Shown: in pieces, positions 50,903 through 60,616 of the stretch
Layout: the number at the start of each line of letters is the position of its first letter
Numbering within the stretch: position 1 is the stretch's first letter
Source: Bispira polyomma
Lineage: Eukaryota
DNA: 64,000 bases
Reading direction: 5' to 3'
Assembly: GCA_965649765.1 (NCBI GenBank)
Contig: OZ287752.1
Coordinates: forward strand, 52,638,001 to 52,702,000
Position numbers and translations under genes: made by a program
The notes under the pieces: generated by a model
Databases searched by the model: none
What the model saw: only the letters and a program-made list of their open reading frames with translations
What the model was told of the DNA's origin: nothing

Positions 50903-53060
50903 TTTGGCTTGGGGCTAAAAATTTTACTTTTATTTTAAAAATTTTAAGCACTTCTTATACTATGTTAAGGTCATCTGTGAATATATATATATATACTAAC
51001 ATGTAAAAAATAAATACTCAAACTGAATCTTTTACTACCTTCTTATTATCTTTACAACATATTATGACCTGTGAGAATTACACCTTGACCTTAAACAATC
51101 TTGACCTTTAATTTCAATAGCATCACTCAGTGATGGGGACTGTGTTAAGCAGGACACCTTTAGGGGACTGCTATGTCAGTCCACAACACTGTTACCCAAC
51201 TACCTTAAACTTTATCAGGTTACAACGGCTATTATTAAGCCATCTGTCCATCTTAATACCAGCCAATGGGAGGGCTCGAACGCTACCAGCTTCCCACAAA
51301 AATTGAAAGCCACCATATTAATTATCGAATCTGAAGGAACAAGTGAATTTTAAAATCCCACCTCCTCCCCTTAACCTCAGCATAAGGTGCAAGATAATAT
51401 GACTTATTTCCACTACCAACTGCCTCTCTGTGTGCATTCATGACGTACACAGGTAGAGACGCTATTGTAAGGTTAAGATAATTGAGGTTATTTATACTCA
51501 TTGGCTGCCTCTCTGTGTGCATTTGTAATGTACACATGGTAGAGATGCGATTATGTATTGGGACAAAATAACATTGTGGACAAATATAATGTAAGGTCAC
51601 AAATAGGCCCACCTGATTTCCAGTTAGCCGGAACCTACGGACCTTGTGGAGGATCCTGTTTCCTAAACCCCCTCTGAGTCCACGTTTAGGGGGCCAGGGT
51701 TGAATAGGAGCTCTGGGAAGCAGGACCCTTTGCTGGGCGATTAGGTGCCCTAGGTCGGGGTTCCTGCACTGAGAATAACGGGGCACTATGGACATGACTG
51801 AACTAGACTAATGGTCATACAGACGTTAATTTGACGGGGTTTAAGCCCTATTGATTGCTAAAAAGACAGGACGGACTATGACAAGTTATGGGGCATTTAG
51901 GGTGTCTCTAAGATAAATTTAAAGTGTGGTGTATATGTATGGAAAAAGGATCTGTTAACGATCAATGTGACTAACACTGGCTAATGCCTTTAATGAGCTA
52001 TGGAGGATAATGTACCAGTATGTAACTAGATATACGTGAAGTACGAGATATTCTTGTCATGTTCAATATGTACGGGCTAGTCTCTTTGTAAACCACTATG
52101 AATACTATGTGGACTATGATATGAATTTACTTTGTTCATGATGAGAAAGTTTATATGCACACAACACACAACATGAAGCTAGTATGGTAAAGGTTAATAT
52201 ATGTGCGATGTAATATGACATAAAATCAGCACATGTTATAGTATTTTAAACGTAACTATTTTTATACTTTATATTTAAAGTCTGTGATGGTTATAGCTTC
52301 GTCATGGGGCTAAAAATTTTACTTTTATTTTAAAAATTTTAAGCACTTCTTATACTATGTTAAGGTCATCTGTGAATACATATACATACTAACATGTAAA
52401 AAATAAATACTCAAACTGAATCTTTTACTACCTTCTTATTATCTTTACAACATATTATACTTGTGAGAATTACACCTTGACCTTAAACAATCTTGACCTT
52501 TAATTTCAATAGCATCACTCAGTGATGGGGACTGATGATACATTGTCATATGCATACATTAAATGATAGATACCGAATTTGAAAGACTTCTTCCTTAAAA
52601 AAAGGAACACCCAGACATCTGCATAATTACACACACACACACAGACATCTATTTGGCACAGTTCTCCTGGTTTGGAGCAGAAGGTGATATGAAGGTAACT
52701 AACCAATAGCCTACTGTGTTGTTCAAGGCCAAATGTTGTACGTTCTGATATTTCATGTATTTCAAATTATAACAGTGGAGCCATGTTTGAGATATTTTTA
52801 TTTGACCTTCTAGTCAGATTTATGTACAGTTTCAGGGTTAAGTGTAAATTTTTTTAAATATTTGCAGATATTTTTAAATACCCACAAAAAAAAAAATATC
52901 ATAAAATATATCATAACAAGTAACAGATGTTCACAGACCCCATAAAATACCCATAATAATTCTTCAGTTAGCATGAAAAAAATCATCTTTTCAAAAGCAG
53001 TGTAATAAAGTTTGCACCCCATTCACTGAGAGGTTTTGAGAATAATATATCCATCCATTT

Positions 53061-54282
53061 ATCAGTAACATTTTCCAATGACCTTAGGTCACATACTCAA
53101 GTAAGCTATCATCAGAAATATTCAATTGGCCGCATCATACAAGCCCTTTAAATCTTGAATTAATCATTTACTTTACCATCTCCAACGAAACCACTGCCAT
53201 GGTCCTATGGCACCTAGTCGCCTAGCAGTGAAGGTTCCCGGCCGCAGGGCATTAATCCCCGGTAGCCCACACCATTGGGTAGTTTACAATCTGGGAACTA
53301 GCAGCACACGGATCCGGGGTCGAACCATTAGCAGTGGCACGTGAGTTATACAGGTAAGTAAACTGACTTAAATCTTACTTAACAGTCCTTAATGCTGAGG
53401 TAAAGGGGAGGTGGGGGGGAATTTAAAGCGGTTTCTCTGTCAGTGTGTGAGATCAATATGGTATGTGACCCCCCTCGTTTTGCATGCATTTCTATCATAT
53501 AATGAATCTGATTGAAGGGGACATACTGAAGCCCTACAGTCAAATCTGCCCCTAGGGGTTAAGGTGGTAATGTAACCTAACGGGGAACTGCGCTAGCAGA
53601 CCCCTCTGTAATCGTTCTGTACACACATTTTGTGAATACCATTTTAAGACGAAACAAAAGTCTTAGATTTTTATCAGTAACATTTTCCAATGACCTTAGG
53701 TCACATACTCAAGTAAGCTACCATCAGAAATATTCAATTGGCCGCATCATACAAGCCCTTTAAATCTTGAATTAATCATTTACTTTACCATCTCCAACGA
53801 AACCACTGCCATGGTCCTATGGCACCTAGTCGCCTAGCAGTGAAGGTTCCCGGCCGCAGGGCATTAATCCCCGGTAGCCCACACCATTGGGTAGTTTACA
53901 ATCCAGGAACTAGCAGCACACGGATCCGGGGTCGAACCATTAGCAGTAGCACGTGAGTTATACAGGTAAGTAAACTGACTTAAATCTTACTTAACAGTCC
54001 TTAATGCTCAGGTAAAGGGGAGGTGGGGGGGAATTTAAAGCGGTTTCTCTGTCAGTGTGTGAGATCAATATGGTACGTGACCCCCTCGTTTTGCATGCAT
54101 TTCTATCATATAATGAATCTGATTGAAGGGGACATACTGAAGCCCTACAGTCAAATCTGCCCCTAGGGGTTAAGCTGGTAATGTAACCTAATGGGGAACT
54201 GCGCTAGCAGACCCCTCTGTGATCGTTCTATACACACATTTTGTGAATACCATTTTAAGACGAAACAAAAGTCTTAGATTTT
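53061..54282 (-). repeat. 2 x ~612-bp tandem repeat made of an A-repeat + spacer fragment from another YR retrotransposon family
   Basis: Units 53061-53672 and 53673-54282. The minus strand has GAGGGGTCTGCTAGCGCAGTTCC (E3 A: AGGGGACTGCTACGTCAGTCC) and TTTAAATTCCCCCCCACCTCCCCTTTACCTCAGCAT (E3: TAAAATCCCACCTCCTCCCCTTAACCTCAGCAT). Confidence 0.75.
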
Positions 54283-55893
54283 AGGCCGAGCTTAGTCTTA
54301 GTTTTTGGTTACGTCTAGGACTGTTGGTGAACATGGGTCCTGGTGTAACGTTAATCATAACATAGACTTGCTCACAAGTCTTTGTATTTTAACCTTATGC
54401 ACCATGCATGAAGTCATTATGATTCCGTGGTATGAAAAGGCCAAGTGTTGTCTGTGGAAATATAAGAGATATGCACTCTTGTCAGACACCAGTACCAGTG
54501 TCATACTGTTCTCATATAATGCTTGAGACAAAAGGACTTGAAAAAAGTCTAATCACACCACCACTGGAATATAAATACACAAGAGAGCTACAGATGGCCA
54601 TTCCAGCACATGTACAGATTGTGTAATGTCATTTAAAGATTACTCAGATGTATTTAAGAGTAACGGTATTGTTATTGTAACGACTATTTTAAAAAAATAC
54701 ATATTTTTATTGTTTCTATTTTTTGTTAGGCACTTTTATGTTGACAAATACATTACAGGACTCTTCATAGGACTGCCAGTTGAGTCCATCCCTCTAGTAA
54801 TATAAATTTTGCAGTACCATAAATCTCTTTGGCATGGCTATCTTTGCCCATTTTTATGTCCATCCAGATTCCCTTTCATCACAATCCATCACACCTCAAG
54901 CTTCTACATGTTGAAATCTATATTGAATTAACACTATAACCAATAGCAAGGACAACTTAATATGGTATTGTGATTGTTTTGCCACATTCACAAGCACTTC
55001 TCGTGACTTCCATTGTGCGGGTGAAGCCAAATTCGGTTTGCTATTCCGCTCAGATTCCTGGCCTTTGAGGATTCTGACATGAAAGGGTGAACTGTCTTAT
55101 AAGGAATTTTATGTGGCCCAGAAAATTGCACTATTTTGTAGGGTGCAATTGTATATTGTTTACAGCAGGCTCCAGCCAGGTATTGTGTCACTGTCACAAT
55201 GCGCCACCATTAAAAAGGGTGCCACCATCCTAGAAATAATATAGAAGGCCTTCATAAGTTGGTTGGAACAAATCGACCCGTCTAAACTGGTGTCAAAATT
55301 ATATTATCAGACGGTAATCAGGCCCAGCCATCATGTTGATAATAATATGTAAAGCCTTAATTGATAGGTTGAAAACAATCCACCAGGCCACACAGAGGGG
55401 TTCGCAGATGTATTTTTGAAAATATAATTCTTGTTTATATTGTCTGCATTTGCCGGAAATACATTCGATCCTTTTGGAATATTTAGAATGTATGGCAAAA
55501 AATACAGTAATTAGTAGTTTGGGGTAATATTACTTAAATATGGCTATAAAAAATTTGAATTGTGAAGCAGATTTCTAAACATAAAAGGTTTGCCATTATC
55601 CTTGGTCCTAAGGATGCCTATATTCGGAATGGCGGCCAAAAACATGCGACAGAAGTTGTGATAAGAAACAAACAACTGAGCCCATCAAACTGGATAGTAC
55701 TGTGTAACCATTCAGTCCATTAAATGCCAGTGCACTGATATTTACAGCCGATTGTATGTTTATACATAATATCATTCAGAGAGCATACTAAAATATATAT
55801 GGTTCTCAGGTATCACTACTTTTATTTATCATAGATATACATTTGTAAGCACAATTAGTATATAGTCCAACTTCTAGGTGAGGACTGGGTTTT

Positions 55894-56044
55894 TGTAAGC
55901 GAACGCCCTCAGCGTTCGTGGCCTCAGTTCTGGGGTACCAGCCTGGTCTACTATTATGGGATGGTGTACGACTATATAAGGCTCTCCTTTTCAAAATCTC
56001 CCGCCTTTATCGTTCGTCAGCAGAGCAACAACTAGTTTAAAATT
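55894..56044 (+). promoter_or_regulatory. E4 A1 repeat, putative internal promoter
   Basis: 5' hairpin GCGAACGC-cctca-GCGTTCGT and a TATATAAG box at ~55973, upstream of the gag ATG at 56120. Confidence 0.6.
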
Positions 56045-56119
56045 TGTTTGGGTGCCATTTTGTTGGTGGTGTATATGTTTTTATATTTTACAGTATTTTA
56101 GTGGAAACACCTTTTAGTT

Positions 56120-57187
56120 ATGCCTGTCTATGAGTGTAGTCGATGTTTAACCAAACATGAGCGTCCTGTAGGGCGAAATTGCGTTATTGCAACCGTTGAC
56201 TCTGCCTCTGGGGAGGAGATCGATGCTGCCTCTGACACTGAACCCGCAAACGGTGAGTCTGGCGATGCAGTTACGAACGCGATATTACTCCAACTGCACT
56301 CGATGAACGAGTTAATGGTAAAAATGGACCAGCGGGTTCAGAGGAATGAGGCCGCATTGGCGACGAACCTCACCAGTAGTCAGCCCAGTCATCAGGTCCC
56401 CGTTCAGGCAAGTAGTAGTTTGATCAGTTCTAGTGTTGACAGGCCTGCTAGTTGCTCTGCTGGCGTAGGTAAGAGCCCATCTATCGCTACGTCCGACAGT
56501 ATAATTCCTGGCATAGATTTTTTAAACCAGAATGCCCTAATACAGCTCCAAGTGGAGCAGAGATTGAAAGATCTCAAGACGTTGAATGAGACCACCTCGC
56601 AAGGTAAACTGAAGTCCCAGCGTAGTGGGGCGAATGAGGTGTTGGTAAGAAAGGTCACCGCCTGGCCTCAAAACTATGTGCTCACGGGTAGTTCTAAGTC
56701 TCGGCCTAGCTACGATGAGTTAACCGTGTTGCAATGGGTGTGTGGTTTCGCTCGGATTGCCCACGAGGAGAAGTCGATCGAAGTGAAGAATGCCATGCTG
56801 GATTACATGGGGGGTCTTATGGAGGATGCCCAGGATTTTTCTTGGGAGTCAGCTAAGGCCTGCCATGCAGTCGTATTGACAAGTATGGAGATGGATAAGT
56901 TGGGGTGGCTAGAGGTAGATAAGATGGATCGAATCCGAAGAGCCCATGCTCAGCGCCATGTGTCGAACAGTAGAAATTCCTCTGGGGCGAATGGACGGCC
57001 AAGTAACTCGAGTAGCAGTAGGTCTGTACGTCGTAAGGGTGCAATGTCCTGTCGCTTTTATCAGGAAGGAAATTGTCGATTTCCCAGCTCTCACAATACT
57101 GGAGGTCAGTTATATAAACATCATTGCGAGACATGTGAGGGTAGCCACCAGACTAGTGAATGTCATAAGAAAGGGGCAAAAAACTGA
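56120..57187 (+). CDS. E4 gag-like protein, 355 aa
   Basis: N-terminal CxxCxxxHxxPxGxxC, a predicted coiled-coil stretch, and C-terminal CRFYQEGNC..H..HHCETC..H..C. Confidence 0.9.
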   Translation: MPVYECSRCLTKHERPVGRNCVIATVDSASGEEIDAASDTEPANGESGDAVTNAILLQLHSMNELMVKMDQRVQRNEAALATNLTSSQPSHQVPVQASSSLISSSVDRPASCSAGVGKSPSIATSDSIIPGIDFLNQNALIQLQVEQRLKDLKTLNETTSQGKLKSQRSGANEVLVRKVTAWPQNYVLTGSSKSRPSYDELTVLQWVCGFARIAHEEKSIEVKNAMLDYMGGLMEDAQDFSWESAKACHAVVLTSMEMDKLGWLEVDKMDRIRRAHAQRHVSNSRNSSGANGRPSNSSSSRSVRRKGAMSCRFYQEGNCRFPSSHNTGGQLYKHHCETCEGSHQTSECHKKGAKN

Positions 57188-57212
57188 GGGGCCACTGCGT
57201 TAATGCAGTGGC
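57178..57212 (+). promoter_or_regulatory. Predicted -1 ribosomal frameshift signal (E4)
   Basis: A AAA AAC (57178-57184), spacer TGAGGG, stem GCCACTGC-gttaat-GCAGTGGC (57191-57212). Confidence 0.85.
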
Positions 57213-59607
57213 TAAAAGTGGGAAGCACAAATGTAGGTTTGTTTATAATACTGAATTTAAGAGTGCACAATTATTTGAGAGGTCTGTGTGGCGAAAAACG
57301 TGTAAATATGTGAAGGGCACTAGGCCAGGCTTGAGTTATAGCCAGGCGTTGCAAAAGAATGGCCCAGTTCAAAAGTATGGGTGTGTAAATAGAAGTGTTA
57401 GTGAGGTGCCGGTAAAACAGGCAAGGGTTGACAAGAGTAAGGTAGACATATTACGTGGCAAAAGTGACACATTGTTGAGGCCCCTTGGTACCTCTGTGGG
57501 ACAATGGACTTCCATTGTGAAGCCAGGCCGGGGTGCGAAACAAGGCAAGGTGATAACAAAGGAGGTCAAGTGCTCGAGTTTGAATGGGGGCGAAGAGAGG
57601 CGGGTCAATGGGGGTGTGGCTGTCCTCCCTCTTGCTAACAGGTATACAGCTTTAGTGTCGCTGCCGGTCGATGACGGTGAAAATGTGGACGAGCCCGTTC
57701 GATTCCTTTCTGGCCCTAGGGACAAGCCCGTTGACCGAGGCGAGGGCAGGAGTAAAACTGCTTCCGAAGATAGCCCGGAAAGTCTCGAATGTCCCGATAA
57801 GTACTCTTGTGCCTTGAAACAGAAAGTAAATAAGAAAGGCATGTTACCTAAGGCTGCCTCAAATCCTACTTACAGAAAATGGCAAGCTCAAACCCAACAT
57901 GCATATGGATTCACTCCTCTCTCTGCTCTGGGCTGTGAGATGGCAGATCAGGGTGAGGGAGGGCCCGAACTTTCCATTTTGCAAATGCATGACTTAATTC
58001 GGGCTGACGGCAGGCATAATTATGAAGGGTTGCAAATCCCTGTTCCCTCTCAATTAAGACCCGAGAGTTGGAAAAAATACCTCAAAAATTACTGGGATTG
58101 GCAATTGCCTCTCCTTATAAAATATGGATTTCCCCTGGACGTCGATCATTCAGTAAAATTGGAATCCAGTGAGAGTAACCATAAGTCGGCTGAGGAATAT
58201 CCACAGCATGTAGAGGCTTATATGAAAGAAGAATGTGAGTTCGGCGCCATGTTAGGGCCATTTGACAAACCTCCTCTTCCGGGCCTGCACTGTTCTCCCC
58301 TTATGACAAGGCACAAACCGTACTCAATTAACCGGAGAGTAATTGTAGACTTGAGTTGGCCTCAAGGGGGGTCGGTTAATGCGGGAGCTTCTCCTTCCTC
58401 TTACTTGGGCGTTGAATTTCTACTGTCTTATCCGTCCATTGATAATCTCACTAGTGAGGTGGTAACATTGGGGAGAGGATGTGAGATATTCAAGGTCGAT
58501 ATAAGTAGGGCGTTCCGCCACGTACCCATTGACCCTGGCGACGTTGACCTCCTAGGTCTAAAGTGGAAGTCCTATTATGTGGACAGATCTCTGCCGTTCG
58601 GATATCGTAATGGTAGCACGATTTTTCAGAGAATTTCGGATGCCGTGCGATTCATAATGCACTCTGAAAATCATAATGTCCACAACTACATCGACGATTT
58701 CTTGGCTATTTCTGTTCCCAGCAAAATTCAAAAAACTTTCCTCAGATTGCAAGAACTGCTACAAGAGTTGGGGTTGACAGTAAGTCCGAAAAAATTGGTT
58801 CCTCCCAGCACGCAGGTCGTCTGCCTGGGCATAGTAGTGGATACCATTCGAGGTACTACTTCCATCCCGGGTGAGAAATTAAGTCAAATTAAAGATAAGT
58901 GTCACGAATGGAAATCCAAAAAATTCTGCACTAAGAGAGAGCTCCAGTCTTTACTTGGCTTGTTATTATATATCTCTAAATGTGTAAAGTATGCTCGGGT
59001 CTTTTTGAATAGGATGCTGGAGCTGTTACGAGATAATTACACCAGAAAGTATATCGCCATCACCCCTGAATTCAGGCGTGACTTGAATTGGTTTACTACT
59101 TTTGCAGAACACTTCAATGGAGTCTCTTTTTTCATGCCTAAGCCCATAACTGGTGAGATTGAATTGGATGCCTGCCTTACTGGAATGGGGGGTATTTTTG
59201 AGAAACAAGTGTACCAAATTAACATTCCTCCAGAAATGACTGAGGTCAATATTGCTTCTTTGGAGATGCTTAACATCTTGGTAGCTCTAAAATTGTGGGT
59301 TCATAAATGGAAAGGTCGTAGAATATTGGTCAGATGTGATAATCAGGCAGTTGTAAGTGTCTTACGGACAGGGCGCACCAGAGATCCCGAATTAGCCACG
59401 TATTCTAGGAACATATACATGTTAGCTAGCAAGTTTAGTATTGATATTGTTGTCATACATATTTTGGGTAAAGAAAATAAAATTGCAGATTTGCTGTCAA
59501 GATGGAAGGAAACTGAAGCCGACCATTTGTCGTTATTTAGGTTAGCTGGGCCTGTCCAGTGGCTGCCTGCTTGCCGCAGTTTATTAAAAGTTAACTCACT
59601 TATATAG
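57184..59607 (+). CDS. E4 pol: reverse transcriptase + RNase H, probably translated as Gag-Pol
   Basis: Uninterrupted ~800-codon frame with KVDISRAFR, LPFG, NYIDD, ELDAC, LEMLN, CDNQ and ADLLSR. The first ATG is ~210 codons in. Confidence 0.95.
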   Translation: MRGHCVNAVAKSGKHKCRFVYNTEFKSAQLFERSVWRKTCKYVKGTRPGLSYSQALQKNGPVQKYGCVNRSVSEVPVKQARVDKSKVDILRGKSDTLLRPLGTSVGQWTSIVKPGRGAKQGKVITKEVKCSSLNGGEERRVNGGVAVLPLANRYTALVSLPVDDGENVDEPVRFLSGPRDKPVDRGEGRSKTASEDSPESLECPDKYSCALKQKVNKKGMLPKAASNPTYRKWQAQTQHAYGFTPLSALGCEMADQGEGGPELSILQMHDLIRADGRHNYEGLQIPVPSQLRPESWKKYLKNYWDWQLPLLIKYGFPLDVDHSVKLESSESNHKSAEEYPQHVEAYMKEECEFGAMLGPFDKPPLPGLHCSPLMTRHKPYSINRRVIVDLSWPQGGSVNAGASPSSYLGVEFLLSYPSIDNLTSEVVTLGRGCEIFKVDISRAFRHVPIDPGDVDLLGLKWKSYYVDRSLPFGYRNGSTIFQRISDAVRFIMHSENHNVHNYIDDFLAISVPSKIQKTFLRLQELLQELGLTVSPKKLVPPSTQVVCLGIVVDTIRGTTSIPGEKLSQIKDKCHEWKSKKFCTKRELQSLLGLLLYISKCVKYARVFLNRMLELLRDNYTRKYIAITPEFRRDLNWFTTFAEHFNGVSFFMPKPITGEIELDACLTGMGGIFEKQVYQINIPPEMTEVNIASLEMLNILVALKLWVHKWKGRRILVRCDNQAVVSVLRTGRTRDPELATYSRNIYMLASKFSIDIVVIHILGKENKIADLLSRWKETEADHLSLFRLAGPVQWLPACRSLLKVNSLI

Positions 59608-59630
59608 CATGTGTTAGTCATGTTTTCTAG

Positions 59631-60616
59631 ATATACAACCTGTGGCCATCTCCTTGATGCAGAAAGCTTGTGACAGACTTGTACTTGCCTTCACCCCTGC
59701 CACTAACAGAGCCTACAACAGAATGTTCAGGCTGTTCTTGGCGTTTGGAGCCTTTATGTCTTGGCCTCCTCAAAAGGTGACTGTGTTATATCTCTTAGCT
59801 TATTTAGAGTTTTTAACGTTTAATGGTGTGTCGGCTAGTCAAGTTCTTAATCATCTTTCTGCCATTAAGGCTAAGTGTGTCCTCTTCCATATATCCGTAG
59901 ATGTTTTTTCTGATAAAAGAATTACCTATTATAATAAAGCTTTGGCGATGCATAGACCGTTGCAAGTAAAACTTAAGTCAATTTTCGATGTTCAGTTGTT
60001 GAGGTCTCTTATTATAAAGTGCGACAGTACTTACATGGGTCAAATTTTTAAAGCAGTCTATCTTACCAGTTTCTTTTCCTTTCTGAGGCTGTCTAACCTC
60101 TGTGCTCATTCGGTTGCTGCTTACTCTCCTCTTAAGCAGCTTGCAAGGGCTGATGTTCTTTTCAAGCCAGGGTACGCTGTCCTCATTATTAAATGGTCTA
60201 AAACCCTTCAAAACAATAATGCCGTTCGCTTGCTCACCATACCAGCTTTAACCAATTCCATCTTATGTCCGGTGCAAGCTTTAAAAAACTGTTTGGCTAT
60301 TTCTCCTAAAGGGAAAGATCTGCCCTTGTTTCAATTTAAGCAGAATGCCATTTGGTTGCCCCTTACTGATACTAGGGTTCGGAGGCATCTTAAGAATGTC
60401 TTACTAATGCTGGGCCCGCAGTACTCTGGCTTGACCTTTCACGCTTTCAGGCGTTCAGGTGCCACCTATGCCTTTAACAATAATGTCACCATTCAGGACA
60501 TCCAAAGGCACGGCACCTGGACGTCCGATTGCGTCTGGCGTTACATTTCGGATTCTGCCAATGCTGGTACTCAAGTTGCCGATTCCTTCAAAACTATTCT
60601 ACAAAATACCTACTAA
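59631..60616 (+). CDS. E4 tyrosine recombinase, probably exon 2 of a spliced Gag-YR mRNA
   Basis: FLRLSN (R), FHAFRRSGA (HxxR), HGTW and VWRY (Y). Preceded by the acceptor tgttttctag. Confidence 0.95.

Larger units (their letters stand above)
45122..52534 (+). mobile_element. E3: full-length but mutated YR retrotransposon with complete split direct repeats
   Basis: A1 45122-45337 matches A2 51143-51355, and B1 50910-51142 matches B2 52305-52534, each with a few mismatches. Gag, pol and YR lie between. Confidence 0.95.
56604..59630 (+). other. Predicted 3027-nt GT-AG intron of the E4 gag-YR transcript
   Basis: Donor CAAG|GTAAAC and acceptor TTAAC..TGTTTTCTAG|AT are both phase 1 and join the frames. 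Confidence 0.7.

Noticed and set aside
51322-51795. 157-aa antisense ORF over the E3 spacer
   Set aside because: It has no counterpart in the E1 or E4 spacers and no recognisable domain.
52530-52545. CTGATGA hammerhead core
   Set aside because: It is created by the E3 end/flank junction, is absent at B1, and has no matching stems.
54988-55197. Minus-strand ORF with slight RT-like look (GPHKIP..HPFMSE)
   Set aside because: No downstream RT motifs were recognisable, so it cannot be supported.
57369-57842. Antisense and alternate-frame ORFs overlapping pol/YR
   Set aside because: They are shadows of the real coding frames and are not conserved between elements.
59631-60616. YR as a phage integrase, or RT as a retron/DGR
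   Set aside because: The gag, RT/RNaseH, YR and split-repeat arrangement is diagnostic of DIRS-order retrotransposons.
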